NCBI GenBank assembly: GCA_002633005.1
Contig: NMRA01000265.1
Span: 302,906-366,905, forward strand
Source of the DNA: Phoronis australis
Taxonomy: Eukaryota; Animalia; Phoronida
Reading direction: 5' to 3'
DNA: 64,000 bases
In this document: piece after piece, positions 25,087 to 40,170 of the stretch
Layout: the number at the start of each line of letters is the position of its first letter
Numbering within the stretch: position 1 is the stretch's first letter
The notes under the pieces: model-generated
What the model was told of the DNA's origin: nothing
Database searches by the model: none
The model's input: only the letters and a program-made list of their open reading frames with translations
Position numbers and translations under genes: made by a program

Positions 25087-28000
25087 CAATACAGACAGTG
25101 AACCACGTGGTCGCAACGTAACCGGAAGAATCGACACTCATTCAGTAATCACTCAACTTGTCAATAACCGCAGTTGTAGCGTAGTCCGTTTTATTTTAGT
25201 AACGGCGCACGGCGGGCCTGCTGCCGAGTACATGGAGTGACTAATACTCCTTTCATCAGCAGCGAACGCCAACGACCTTTGGCCTGATCCTGAGGGAACG
25301 GTATTAAACATTAATTAATTGAAATATCTTGGCAAAAATTTTTAATATAGATCTGCCATTTACCTCTCACTTCAGGATTGATTTTCTAATGAAACGACGC
25401 TGAATAAAACCATATTTTCAATTCGTCATCTAAAGCGTTCCCATTTCACAGTTTTAATGAACAGCCGTGTAGTCAGCGCTCATTGCAGTTGTATTAAACT
25501 CCTTCCTGATGTCGATATTTAGCTACGCGCTATAAAATCAAGATCAGTTTGTCGAAAACGTATCTTGCGTATCAGCCCAGGATGTTTGTTACTTTAATAT
25601 TTAATAAAGTCTTTGCAAGCCTCCAGTAGTGAGAAGACGGAGGTTCATCTAAACATCACGATATAATCGCGCTTGGCTTGTTTTCCGCGAGATTGTCAAG
25701 TGGCATAAACACTCAAGCAAAATATTCCAATACTATTAAAAAAGCGTTACGAACTAGTAACATGAAAAGGAAACTGACGTGTGGATACGTATAAAAGAAG
25801 AGGCGTCTTTTCGTTGTCCTGGAATATTTGTGTGACTGAAATGAAAGGGTGAACGAAGATGAAAAAGTTAACAGAAGTTTGGTGTAACCAATGGGCCAGT
25901 AAAGGGACAACAATAAATGTGTGTGCACTGATGAATACACAACTATGTATATTGGCTACAAGCATATTCGCCGAGCTAATATCTGCGTGTCTAGACGCAG
26001 TATAAATTCCAAGAAAAACTAGGTTAGTGTCTCGACAGGATGGTATCGTACAATCGACATCTTATTCGCCTAAGAAGTCGAATGTATTTGGAGACACGAA
26101 ACACCAGCCTGAATAGTTTGTGGCATGAGTTACCACTCCAATCCCTTCGCCGGTCACGTCTTTATTGTCTACTTTAGGGCACACACACCTTTGAAATTCT
26201 TAAATGAGGCGTAGAACCAAATTACCCCGTATCAGGACCCTGTGGTTATTATGGAAACATGTGAACAATTCAATGGACAGAATTAGCACTTTCTGACCGC
26301 TTTACTGCAAAACTCCAAGCCTGTGCGATCCCGCTCAACATGTTTTTGTTTTTCTCTCTGGGCTCTGGGGTGATATGGGCGTAGCCAATGTGTTCCTATA
26401 ATTAAATTTTCTAATGAATTATAATTAACCAACCTCAGCAAGCATCGATATGACAACTGTATCTGTTCCGTAGTTAGGTAATTTTCTTGGAAATAGATTT
26501 CACGTACTTGAATGTCTTATTGCACAATCTATACTGTTCTTGAAAGTTGTCGCATCGTTAAAGGTAGGCCTACATGTAGGAGTTATTGTTTAACTGTGAG
26601 TAACTGGACTAACTTATGTTGTCTTCAGTATATGCGGTTGTTTGATAGTGGTGCGAAACTTTTGTTACTATCCGAGTGATACTTGTCTTGGGGAGGTATA
26701 CGAAACGTGCCACTTACTCATATGGGGGACTTTTCTCGGCCAGATCAAGGGATCTTTACCGATGAAACGCACTATTAAATGGGTTGGAACTCTACAGATA
26801 AGATCCGTTCTTGGAACTGATCTCCACAGAAAGGATTCGTGTTTGCTGAATGATTTCTATTGAGTTAAATTTTACAAAATAGGCGTTTGAATACCCGGCC
26901 ACACAAAGGCTTTTCATCAAATATATCAGCAAGCGTGTCCCTTTAGTTGTGTTTATTGTCTAAAAGCGTGATGATCCTAATTTCCCAGCGGCATATCCTG
27001 TCAACACTATAGTCGAATACTAATTTTGGACTTATTAAGTAATTACAAAAAATTAATACACATAGCTGTATTCCGTTATATTTATCCGAATTAGGGTTCT
27101 TACTCTCATAAAATCGGTCTCGTGATGTAGCAATAGGATTCTATCTCCGTTACTAACAATAACAACGAAACCATCAGCGAGCCAGTAAAGAAAACGCTTT
27201 GGAGTTTATTGCGGTTGGACAATCCTGAAATTGTGACTTCGAAGGTGGCGCGGGAGTCGAGCTGCCGGCTCAGTATTCGGAAATAATTCAAGATCTAATC
27301 AGCACTTCGGTTATAAAACGGCCGCATTGACACCTAAGCTGGGTGATATGCCCACATTCCCCCTATAGGTTAGCGGTGCTTAGTTTTTAGTTCTACCCAC
27401 ACAACTGTACGAGGACCACACAATCTGTGCGGCTACGCTCATTGCCAAAGCCCATTCTTGCTATGTTTTGATCGCCAAGAAAATATCCGCAACAGAAACC
27501 AGTCACGTCCTTTGCAGTTTAATTGGACTCGGTAAACTGCAAATGCATTACGCAACGTAAACGATTAGTCAGTCACGGGGAATGCAACAGAAACAGTAAG
27601 TGATACCTCGGACGAAAGACAGCTGAATGGGGTTTGTCACGTCACCAAACCCAGCTATATCATTCCGTATTTCCAAAAACAACTCCAGATAACACCTCGG
27701 GCAAGCGTCCAACGCACTAAGTGGCCGTCTTGACATATATCCCAAAATAATTTTAATGACTATTTCGAATGTTGCAGTGAGTTGCCATTTTGGAACATGA
27801 CCTGGTTTACTCGGATTTGCCACGACGAGGAAGGCAGACAAGGATAACTTCGATTTTAAATCCCCTTTAAAGAATTTATGTAACCCATGACATCGTCAGA
27901 TTAAATGTTGAAAACTGTAAATGTACTAAAAAAACGATGGGACAATTTCCACTGTATATCTGAAAAACAGTCACACCTGGGTCGTACTCCGCAGTAGAAG

Positions 28001-30833
28001 CAAGTCTCGCAAGTCTTCACAAGATATGACAAGGCATTAAAAGTGAAACACGTGAACAAACTAGATTTTCTCGCGCTTGTCGTCAGTCAATGGGGTCCAG
28101 TATTTTACAATTCGTCCGTGGCCATAAGATGCAACATGACGTCACGGTGCTCCAGTATCATTTTCCCGCTGTGAGTGTTGGTGAAATAGCGACTGGAGGA
28201 GAATGACTAGAATCCCGTACGTACTTTCGACATCATACTCCTGGATGCCGACCCCCCATTCGCAACCTCCATGGTCTCCCGGACTGTGGCGAGACTTTTT
28301 ACAATTATGAACATTTACAAACTAGGAGAAATACAAAAGTGCGTCAAAAGCGTAGTACTTACTAAGCGCATATGCAGTTATGAGTATCGCTGACAAAATA
28401 TTTAAAAATAGCATTGCTGATTAATTAGCATTAGTAACTTCCATTGACAATCCTTTGTTGTACGACCGGTATGTCTGCTTCTTAAGACTAGAAATCATTT
28501 CCAATTTGAGTAAGGAACAAGGTTGCAAGATTGGGGATGAAGTCTTTTGTCACAAAAAAAAAAATATTTTATCGATACTGAACAATGGTTATGCGCAAAT
28601 AGACGTGTTTTTTCACTTTTCAAAAAGAACGTTTAAAATGTTCCTTTATTGCTGTCATTGGAAGCGAAATTTTGATTAAAACCAGGTACCGCTATAAAAT
28701 TGGTATCAACTTGTTTAGTACTCTGATGACTCGTGGTTTCTGAGTTCACTCACAACTGGCACTTCGACCACGCTCAGAGCATAGAACGCCACGTGCAGAC
28801 AGGCCAACTTGTTGGACCAGTTTTTGAACGTCACGTCTTTCGAGACTTTAAAATGACCTCCAATTTGATTAAAAGAAATTCAAATAAAGGTAAGTGTAAT
28901 GAATCAAAAGATGAATTTTATGACAGAAAGTGGGTTACCCGCTTAAAACTGTAATACTTTTTGTAATTAAACTAATTACATATGAATAATGTTGCCGGCG
29001 TTCACATACATACACAGTTGACAAAGTGAAGCTAGGAATTGTCATGATCATTATTGCACATCAAACTCAATACCCCATTGGTTTTATATTACCATAAACA
29101 CGCATATAATATTGCCCACCTATTTAATTAATCACTGAAGTTCCATTTCAATTTATTATACGCCTTCACATTTACTGCTATGATTGAAACGTACGTGAAT
29201 ACCTTTTGATGACAAAAAGCACTAAAGAGACATTATCCTTTGCACGACAGAAAAAAGCATTTCTGGGTTTATTATTGGATGTTATTGAATTTTTCTTGAA
29301 ATTTAGATTTGAACAGAGTATCAAACACGAATACAACTTTTTACGACAAGGAGGTTCAAGTAAAACGGAGATATTTCTATATCACCAACCGAATAGTAAG
29401 TTGAAGTATGTCGTGACAACTGCGCTCAACGGGCCTATAGAAAAAAAATCGATAATCGACTTGGCTAAAAGGGGGTGCGGACCCCTGTACCTCTCCTCTG
29501 GAACCACTTACGGACTATAAAACAGTAAAATCCATACCGATGTCTGCCAGTCATTCGCTGAAATCAAAGAACGATAATCAAATCTTTACAACCCTTGGAA
29601 CGTCAAAAATTGCTTCATTTTTTCGAAAAAGTTGTCTGTATCTTGGCGTCCGGGTGTCCTGCACAGGTATACAAGTATATACGTTCAAAAAAGTTATATT
29701 GTACATACCAATTACATGAGAATACTCGTCTCCGATTTTGTTTTTAGGAACTTTAATTTCCACAGAATTACCGACAATACTATCAACTTCAGCGATCAAC
29801 AAATAACTCAAAACAAATTTAGTAAATGAAAAATCGTGGCAAGCAATGTTCTTCTGGGCACTGATTAGAAAAAATGATTTAGAAATAAGCAGCTGTGCCG
29901 AAAACACAAACGGAGATAAACGTGATTGAAGTCGAACGATCACGCAGAAGCGCTGTTTGGATAGCTTACGAGAATTTTCTGTATACTAAATCGAAAGACT
30001 TGTTACTGAAGAAGTCTTATCTTTCATTGTTACGATCTATCTGGCAGTTAACGACAGAACTTGCGTCATTTTCTCGTCAAAAATGTGTCCCACCAGTGTT
30101 GCGACGAGAGTTCCAAACTAACACACTCGCTGTGAAAGGCTGCTGCATTTTGTGTATTGCAATTTACAACCAAATAACCTTAGATCGCATACCATCCCGG
30201 CTCCGTCGAATGTCCCGCTCACAGATTTCAAAACATACACCGTGAAAAGTATCGTGAGGGAAATGTTAGCTCTCGCGTGCAGCTAAATCAGGGACAAAGT
30301 CGGCGAGAAACTGAGAATCTTCGCGGATAAATTTACAGCTGATGGGTTGCCCGGCGGCCGTTTTTCATTTCATTCAACATACGCGACGGCATGACATGTA
30401 GAGTCCTCTAAACGACGACTAACAGATATCAAAGAAACGCAACTTTTTGTGGGTCGTATGGAAGCTTAAAAGTTCGAGTGTTTTATAACTCACTAAAAAC
30501 CTAGGCGCCACTTTTCAAGCTACAATGAAAAGGTCACCTTGGCTGGAGCTAGAAAACGAACAGAAAACGCGATTAAAATTTTGATTTGGAAATTTGTTTG
30601 TCGCATGGTTTTGAGGATTACTGAAGTGAATGAAGGAATTGTCGGCGGATATTTGTCGAATGGTTATTTAAATTGAAAAGGCGCATCATCTTGCAGTTTT
30701 GCGCCTTAGTTCTGCTGGGAGTTGCGTATCCGAGTCAGGAAGATTTGTTGGTGGACCGTCTTGCCGGACCGTCATCAGCCCGCGATGTTTAATGTCTTTT
30801 TTATTTGAATTGTTAACACTCCTTCAATTTACT

Positions 30834-31109
30834 ATAGTAAAACTAGAAAAACTGAAACGACGAGCGTCGGTACTAAAATATATTAAAATATCCCCACGTT
30901 TCGAGGGATGCACTCGTTGTCGAGGGTGTGCTATAGACTGCTGAGTACATATAGATGGATCTAAAAGAAAATGGCACAGGAGATCCATCTACAGGTACTC
31001 AGCAGTCTATAGCACACCCTTGACAAAGAGCGCATCGCTCGAAACATGGGTATATTTTAATAAATTTTAGTACCGAAGCTCGTCGTTTTAGTTTTACTAG
31101 TTTTACTAT
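30834..31109. repeat. About 276-bp fold-back element with hammerhead-like core (possible Penelope-like pLTR pair)
   Basis: About 129-bp inverted arms around an 18-nt spacer; right arm has ACCC-TTGACAA-A-GAGCG cat CGCTC-GAAA-CATG-GGT. Confidence 0.7.
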
Positions 31110-31250
31110 TTTATATTTTTATTCGTCGGTAACTGCACGGCATTGCAACATCTATTTGACTTCAATTTGCTAATAGTCTCAAAAGTCAATGGTGTTTCTG
31201 GGTTTTTTTTTGAGATCTTTGCTCACAGATTATGATAATCAAAAAGACGA

Positions 31251-31306
31251 CCGGCCGCCCGCCCGGCCGCCCGCCCGGCCGCCTGCCTGGCCGCCCGGCC
31301 GCCCGC
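31251..31306. repeat. GC-rich short tandem repeat (CCGG/CCGC units)
   Basis: CGGCCGCCCGCCCGGCCGCCCGCCCGGCC... run. Confidence 0.8.
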
Positions 31307-31506
31307 CTCAGAGTTGCACGAAGGCACGTCACGGTTACCAAAGGTAAGCAAGATTGGTAACGTCACGATTTACCGCCAACCGATGAGTAAAAAACACAGA
31401 TCCCGCGTCATTTTTGTTGATCTCCGGTGGGCAGTCGATTTGATAAAGTAAGCAATTAAAATACCGCATCACTGACTCGATTTTCAAGAAAAAAAAATGG
31501 AGACTT

Positions 31507-31757
31507 GGGGCCCGTTCCAAGAAAACTGACTTAGCTAAGACTAATGTTAAGTTTCAGCCAATTTAAGTTAAAACTAAATTTGTCTCAATCCTGTTTCAAG
31601 AAAGAGATCTTCTTAAGTATGACTTAAGTTTTTTATATAAGTTTTGTCTTAATTTTTGACTAACTTGCCGGATGTGGAAGTTTCAAAGTTTGGAAGTTGA
31701 GACAAATCTTGGACTTAGGTAAAAAAATTAATGAGTCGGCTTCTTGGAACAAACCCC
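31507..31757. mobile_element. MITE with GGGG...CCCC TIRs
   Basis: GGGGCCCGTTCCAAGAA vs TTCTTGGAACAAACCCC; AT-rich interior; TSD unclear. Confidence 0.55.
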
Positions 31758-34700
31758 AGAACTAAATACGCCTCTTTTAGCCTAGAAATAAACCGAATCG
31801 GAAACTGGCAAAAACACAACAATGAATCGGTTACGTAACTTGTTTATCTCTTCGGGACACAACACCGATCATTTCACGTCAAGTGGTATTTATAGCAAAG
31901 ACCTGTGTACAGACTGACTAACTGAACCTAGGCACAATGCCATTTCGAGCTGTGACCAAAACAAAACTCCTACGCTCCTCACTCATCATATGGTGACTGT
32001 TGCCCTCATTTGAATACGGTTGTGCTGACGAGTACATCACTTCAAAACGTTACACCAGTGCCAACTTCTTGTTTAAGGTCAACGTTGGACCAATGAACTA
32101 CATGTACGTGCATACCGCACACATCCACCAGTGTTTCAAATCTTCTGATAATGCCAAAACATGACGCATACACCAACCCAAGTGTTTCAACGCTGGCCGG
32201 CTGATTTGGATTGTTTTAGTTCTATTACGATGCCTCCTTTGAGTTGCTGGCGAATTAAAATCATGTCTAGAGGCAGTTTTAGAAAGCCACTTGGTGAATC
32301 AGGTGGTTAAAAATAAAAATCAGTAAACTGAACTTATGTGTATTCTAGATCGAAACGAATCCTGATCTTTGATCCGTGTACTAAAAATTCCCATAGCCGC
32401 GTGTCTTGCATTCTGTATCAATAAGTACCTACTCTGGATATTTTTCGCGATTATTACAAAATAAATACATGTACAAGGGCATGGGGATTTTTTGTAAGCG
32501 GGTCAAAGGACGTAGCATGAAATACTAAAGAATTCGTTTAATTTGAATTTCAGCAGTGCTACTCGGCTCCAGCAATTCTAGGTTAGTATAATTAAGATAT
32601 TTCATATTTCGTAGTAGGCTTAGGAAATCGAATCTTGGTGAGGTATTTTAATTGCTCATTTTCGCAAAAAGTGAAATCCAGCTGAGACGCGCAAAAACTA
32701 ATGCAGGGTTTGTTTCTTGCACATCGCTTGACATTGATTTAATCATGGTGTTACAAAGCTGCCTGTCATTGATTACGTGCCTCTCTGCAGCTTGTCAAAA
32801 CAAGAACAAAAAACACCAGAGGTTGCCTGAAATTGATGCGATGGGCGTGTGTTTTTAGTTGGTAAACGCAACCGAAGTCTCATGTGGGTCAGGATAGCGA
32901 CCTGAACCAGTTGCGACATTTTTGGTCTTGCCTCGATTTTGACCATTATAAAACTAAGCAACATCTTTTTCAACTTAAAACCAATGCTTGCGAGATATTA
33001 AAACTATGCGCATTGAATTCGCCTGCAAACTAACTACACCGACACAATGCGTACCGTAGTTAACGTCGTGGTGACGTTACATTTCCTGTTTTGGTTTAAA
33101 AACGCTCAGTTTGTTTCTTTGGTGTTTTTTCGCTGTTTTTGTCTGAAACAACACTCCACGCTTTTTCTCAGCCACCGCAAAACTGAATATCAGATTATGA
33201 GTGACTTGTTCCTTGAGAGGAAATATGTCAGACTCCATAACTCAAGAGTCAAGAGGTCCTTGTACCACCTTGAGATCCACCGTGACGTCACGACCGTCAC
33301 AACTATCTGGCTGAGTTGTGTAATGAAAATAAATATTCTCCTTTGAAACAATCGAGTAGAAGTTTTCTTTGGGTTCAACTTGTGGCAAAATGTGAAGGAA
33401 TGTGTCTGCGGCTTTTCCTCTATTGACTATTGAAGTCAGTACCAGACCGTCCCAAATGTTTGAGAGCTTAGGCCCCGAAATACTTAGAAACTTGATGGGA
33501 GTCCTGGTGTATTTCCTTTAATAGAAGAGGCATTTTTCGGTGAAACAGCGAACACGCACGTCACTCTAAACGCTTAGGCTCAGAGCAAAACTTGTCTTGC
33601 GGTTAGCATTTTCCAATCTCTATATACATGAACACGTGCTCTGAAAATTACAAACTGGGTAAAAATCCTTCGTTTAAGAAGGTTTACACTGCGCGTGTTT
33701 TTTAACAGAAATAGGAAAAGAGCCTGCAAATAGTAAAAATATTAGCACTCAGTGGATCTATCTGAATGTTGTAAGCGGGAAACCCAACCACACTAACGAA
33801 AAATGTCCATGTAAAACGTCGAGTCCGTAGGCGGGGCGCTTATCAGCGTACTCCGTGAATCTTAGTAAAAGGTCCACTTTCTCAAAAATTCGAGCTACCG
33901 CATTTCTAAGCTGGGTGCACGCATGCTCACTGAAGTAGAATTCAACCTACGTTTGAATTTATTTTGATTTCAAAGGATTTTTCTTTTAGTTTGAAATGTC
34001 GACAAAACGATCCGTCAAGTGCGCGTCACTTGGTCGATTGCTCTTGCACAAAGCAAAACACGTCTCCTTATTTGGTATGGCAAGACATGCATGTAAACGT
34101 AGCACATTCCCTTATATGGAAAATGTGACCTTTGACCTTTGATGTAAACAAAACAATGGCGACTTAAGCAGCAGTCAGAACGTTTAAGAGGCAACATACA
34201 TCAGTCCTAAATCTCTTTCAGTTATCGTAGCATACAAACATATTCTAAAACACAGTTGCATTTATTCTTTTTGGAAAATTGCTTACTTCACAGGCTTGTC
34301 TCACGCTGTGCTGTCGACCTCAGATTCGGAGTGCGTCCTCACAAGATAATCAGCCGTTAATATCCATCTCGTCAGTCAACTCTGTGGTGACTACAGCGTT
34401 TTTCCTTCGTGTCTAATTCAAAAAATCAGGAATTTTGGGGATTTTTCTGAAAATTCCCTCACGGGGGAACACGAATAACTCTGAAATAGACGTTGCAAGA
34501 TAGTAGCCTACTTTTGTCCGAATGATTAAACAAGTATTTTTGACGAGCTTTCGCGTTCCACGTTTTTTTAAAAGGTCGTTAAAAAGCAAATGGAGCTTCA
34601 TGTTTATCAAAACTTAACACGGCGTTTCCATACATGTACCGTCAGATAAAGAGGTAAATCATGAACGGTTTTTGTCTCATTGGCTCTGTCCTTGTCCGAC

Positions 34701-37700
34701 CCCAAATCTAACAGCAAATTTGCCCCCCTGCATTTTAGGACTTGAAATTTGATCAATATCTGTGTGCCGATGGTGGTAGAACATGTTTGGCCATACCGTC
34801 AGTGCTAATTTTTGGTAAAGATGACCGCACATGACGCTGTATGATTGTAAGTGCTGCACTGGCCGCTTTTCCGGCTGTGATGCTGCGTCTGATTTCCATC
34901 GTGTTGGCCCTTTTTCCGCGTGCCTCAATGTTATAAGTTTTGAGTGGCCAGCAAAGGCACGGGCCGCTAATAACTGACCACCAAGTAACAGTGCTAACAA
35001 TTAAGAAGAACAATATGAATAACAACAGAAAAAGTACATCTACATTGAAATAAGATACAATGCAAGTTTATGTAAAAACGTAAATTAAATTTATTTTACA
35101 AAGAATTAAACACGAAGACCGCAAGGTTACGAAAGCACGTGACTAAGATGTAGCACAGGGCGTGCGTTCGATTCCTATCTAGAAATAATGCAGGGTAAGT
35201 GTTTTGGCCCTTATAATTGAAGATAGAAAACTATCATTTGTAGCATTTATTTAGCAGTTACTATCTGCAATAAATCCCATGGGTAGTTAAGAACAGCTTA
35301 ACTACAAATATTGCTTCCCAACGCGTGTGTCGGAAAGTGCGATACAATTATCTACAGACATTATATTATGACTATGAGAGTACTTTTGGAAGACAAAGGA
35401 AATTTGACCGCCTCCGCCCATTTAGGAATCCGTGACTGTGCTCAGGTTTCGAAAAATCGGAGCACATATTTAGGCGCCGTAAAAGTATCTATAAAATAAA
35501 CTATGTACTGATGGAAAAAATAACTTTCTTCCCAAGCGTAATTGCTCTTCAAAACAACGTCATCTCGCCTTCTTATCAGTTGTTTGAGTTCAATTTATAC
35601 TGAGATGTCTTGAATTCCCCTTGAAGCCCTGCTGTTTCGCGGTTATGACAGTAACCCGCCGTGAGAAGCCAGTTAATGAGCCAGTGCCGAAGTAATAATA
35701 CCTACCAGTTCTTCTCAAGTCTAGAAATCACTTCTAATCTGTGTAAAGAACAAAAGGATGACGAGGATGACGAGGATGACGATCTCACAACGGAAAATGG
35801 CTTGATAGCAGCTTTGTAGCAGTTTGTTATTGAGTACCAATACACGTTTTCGAAAGTTATTCCAGTGCTGATAAAAGCAGCTCGTACAAAGAGCCAGTCT
35901 AGTCCGGGCATCCGGCAACAAATCAACAAATAAACAAGTGAATAATAAATAATAAATATGCAGACACATATATTGGAAACACAAATATTACAGGAGTTCT
36001 GGCAAGTGCGGCGTCTTAGTAAATCTCATTTTTTGTTGCTTCTAACATTTAATCACTTCACCACGCGCAACGGAGTTCACCGTTTACATTTTGAAAACTC
36101 ATTAAACCTAACTGCCATAGGTGTACGCGTGTGCGTATATTCATGTCCATGCGTCTATTATATGCATTATGGCAAAATACTGCTGTAGTTATAATGGGAA
36201 TATTTGAGCAAAGTTAACTGGGGCATGTTTATGAGTAACAATTCAATATGAAACTAAAAAGAGTGCAATCAATAAAGTAAAAATGTATAAGAACACACGA
36301 AAAATGTCCGGTTTAAGAAATACGCAGCTGCTTCTCGCAAGTAAAGCTTAGGTTCACGACCATCACTGCAAAACACTTGTCTGAACATTTTTTAAACAGC
36401 GCACTACTTTAAATATAGACACATTGGAACCTAGAAGGGACCCGTTATATCAAAGGTCTTACTGTGAGTCCGGCCGTAACTAAGACGGTAGAAGCCACGT
36501 CACAGCAAACGCGAACCTACGTTTTTTTAACAACGAAACGCTTCAACTGACGTTAAGTCGATACTACAACTTTGTGTCGTAATACCCATCTTCACGGGCC
36601 ACGTGAATGAGCCGCGTGCTAGTTAAAAATCTAAGTAAGACCATTTCAACTGATCTGACCTTCGACCTTTGGATAAACAGACCGGTGAAGCATGGCTGAA
36701 ACCTTACACGAATCTAATGGGACAAAGATACCTACAGTGCAAACGCCTCGCATATTCTCGTTGAGGAAAAGTTAGACAACCACAACGGGAGGAAAAATTA
36801 AGTCCAGGCTGAAAACAGAGACCATGACGTCAAAGTAGGGCAGTTCGCGAGGTGGCGCACGTTCTCAACAAATCCGTTGTCAAAATTCAAAATGATGAAA
36901 CAGTTCAAATAAAGGTCAGCATGAGATCAATACATACAAAAGAAAACTTATGATTTCATGATTCTGGGAATGCTGTACCATAACGTATTTGTTTGTAATT
37001 GTGGAGTCGACCAAAAATGCAGTGGTTAGAACGAAGCTATATGTTTGCGTCGATGATGTCGACCAGTCAAATATCGCAAATTGACTAATTGACTTACTTC
37101 AGAACATCATCTCTCAGAAATCGGTGACTGTATCCAAATTAACATTTCGGGTATTCTTTTTGACAGTATAAATCTTAGTTGTCTGTGTCCACGTGTTCGT
37201 TTTCTCGTTGCACTTTAGTTGCAAACTCTTGAAATTTGACGATTCTTTTGACCTCATCGTAGGTCAGCTGCGGTGAACTGTATCAACCCCAGGTAATTGT
37301 TGCCAACATTTTACATCGGCAGTGAAAAAGCCTAACACGACTGCTGGCTAATTTCCTTACTTACACAAACGAGTTTTACCGAGTTGTAAAGTGTCCAACG
37401 TTTCCTTTTGGGGTCAGAGCTAGAGAACCTTATGGAGGTGTCAATGAGCTATTTTCACAATGGGACGGAAGGGGAATACAGGAACCAAGATGATCCTGAA
37501 TAGGGTAACAGAGGCGTTTTTAAAAGTAAAACAGAAAAATACACTTTTGTTCTAAAACCTGAAGTAAAAATGAATTTTTAGTGCTATCTTTACGAAAATA
37601 TTTTGCCATTGTGTATCTTGTAGTTGTTGACTGGTTGTGGGAACGCTTGACATGGGAACACCGTTCACAGACCTTGCTACCTCAAGAGTAGGCTAGACGA

Positions 37701-38694
37701 AGTGCCTTTACCCAGCGTGGTCTCTTAGGACACCAAAGGAATTTTTGGAACAGCAAGGTACGGCTCAGCCGGAGATATGTAATTTGTACACGCAACTTGT
37801 AAGACATAATATTTGAGCAAAACCGCATAAGCTTTAGAACTCTGAAAAGGGCAACACCTTTTCGAAGTGTTCCTAAATGGAACATACGTCATCAATTGAC
37901 AAAAATGTATGAGTGTGTGGAATGACTTAAAATATGATTGGTGACGGTGGTGACACTGGGTTTACATGCTTTTGTGAAAACAAATCAAAGTTATGTTCTC
38001 AAGGTTGTAAACATTTAGGAGTAGAAAGTTTGACTCCTAGTAAAGGTCATAAAATCCCTGGTGTGAAAAGAACTACTAGTAAAACACTTAAGTTTAAATT
38101 TAAAAAAAATATTCGATGATGTTTCGAAATGTAATAGATTATCAATAGAAAGAAGAACGCCCATGGAGATTTCTGTGAGTGCACGTTTCATTTCTTCGCC
38201 ATTACTATGTTAATGAATATGACCTAATTACCTTGTGAATGCTGCCAAAAAGGCAACATTTATAAATTGCTAAATTAATTCTGAAGTCAGAGACCATACT
38301 CGACTGTGAAACAGACTTGTATACATCGCACTCATTGCTCATTAATCTTATCTTGTAAAGATAGGCATTCTTCACACAATCACTGATTTCTGTTCATGCT
38401 CTTAATGCAAGAAATAACACGTATGATTAGATGAATTTATTGTTTGAAAATGTATACAGCACCCAGAAAAACACATCTGGAGAGGCAGCCATATTGAAAC
38501 ATGTCTGCATATTCTGAATTTCAAGGCTTCTGATTGGCTAAAGAGGCAGCATTCAGCGACAAATCTTACACAATAATGTTATATTAAGAGATCTTACAAA
38601 TCTGGTTTTTACAAAAAAGTTTATTTTAAAATACGGGTATTTTCCAAACATCAAATGCTTTAAGATGTATCTAGCCACTGAAGGAAAAATAATA

Positions 38695-38810
38695 TTACAC
38701 TCTGCATGGCATGGTAGTTAGGTTAAAAAGACTTACACTCTGCATGGCATGGTAGTTAGGTTAAAAAGACTTACACTCTGCATGTCATGGTAGTTAGGTT
38801 AAAAAGACTT
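38695..38810. repeat. 38-bp minisatellite x3
   Basis: TTACACTCTGCATGGCATGGTAGTTAGGTTAAAAAGAC at 38695, 38733 and 38771. Confidence 0.9.
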
Positions 38811-39775
38811 AAGACTACGTAAAGTTTAAGGTTACATAATCATGGAATCAATGATTTCGATCGATTTCTCAACAGGGCTTTCGTGGACTCAGTGCATGCA
38901 AACTGGGGTAACTGCAGAAGCCAGTCTCAAAAGTTTAATTAACTTCGCTGTCTACATTTGCGGGCTCCAAATCGATGGCCTGTTGCGCAAGAGCTCCCAA
39001 CGACGTGCGCATACGCACGCTCTCCAGCGTCATAGGGACAAGTGCGCGGTATTATCGTGGTCGTCGTTTGGCGATGGTGGTCAAAGTGTTTGCTTTTATA
39101 AGATTGTTAGTTGCCACCGGATCCAATTACGTTTAATTTCGACCGTTGACCGTGATTTCAATAGTGTGCATTTTGGCACGTACACGTATTCGATTTTGGT
39201 TTCAGAATTCATAACTTCTTTTGGCTACTAGTCTGTGGTTTACACAACCGTCCCAGCATACACGTAAATGTAGATGTTGAAAACAAATTTTTAATCTATG
39301 AAGCTGTCGCGACCAGTCGACCAATGCCAAAAATAGAATAATATCGATGATCCTAATTGAACTTGCCGTAATTAAATTAGTAAAAATGTTTGTTTTAGTT
39401 TGGTGAGCTTTCCCGCGAAACAAATTTCAGCAAGATATGGGTTTTCAAAAGTCCCGAAGTAGTGGTCGTGTTGACAATTCTTTTTGCAAAATCAGTCAAT
39501 TTTTATTGCATTGCCAGTTTATTAGTTTGCCAAATTTTTAACTTCTAGTTGCATTAGGTTTGTACGCGTTTTAACGAATTCTCAACCTTTCAAATTTAAT
39601 TTTTATTGAAAATGCGCCGCCTGTGGAATTCCCAGTAAGAACGGGAACTGGAGTACTACCAGACAAGGAAAGGTACGCTGAAATATCTCCAGCGCAAAAC
39701 AACCGTTCGTCACAATCACCAGGTGGCGACACCGTTTCGTCCACGATTCAGGTCTCCTAGAACTATTGCGACGAA

Positions 39776-40170
39776 GCGTTCATAAGCGAGTACCTTTCTG
39801 CGCGTTGAAGTGTGCTTAACCAACGCGTAATTCTTCTTAATCAACGCGTACTCATAGTTTTTAGACGATCATTGTTCAACTATTATTCACTAACGCGCAC
39901 TTTTGCATAATCAACTTATCACGTTATATAGCCCAATCACGCCCGTGCTCTCAAATCTCAGCCAAAACGTCGGAAGACTTTCTACGTCTGTGCAAGAATG
40001 TTGCAGATTCTTATCAAGTGACCACGTAAATGATGACGCCGTTACGTACTGAGTGTAATTTTGTCTTTGATTTGACATAAAAAGGAACTAATTCAGGGCG
40101 TTGATTAAGCAAAACTACGCGTTAATTAAGCAAATTTCAGTGCGCAGAAAAGTACTCGTTGAAGAACCCT
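39776..40170. mobile_element. MITE with about 75-bp imperfect TIRs
   Basis: CGAGTACCTTTCTGCGC..CTTAATCAACGC vs GCGTTGATTAAG..GCGCAGAAAAGTACTCG. Confidence 0.6.

Noticed and set aside
34753-35025. ORF with hydrophobic N-terminus and GKR site (neuropeptide-like); also EIRRSITAGKAA, faintly like a LINE RT tail
   Set aside because: Starts at TTG within a pyrimidine-rich tract with no ATG for the hydrophobic stretch; the LINE similarity is too short to call.
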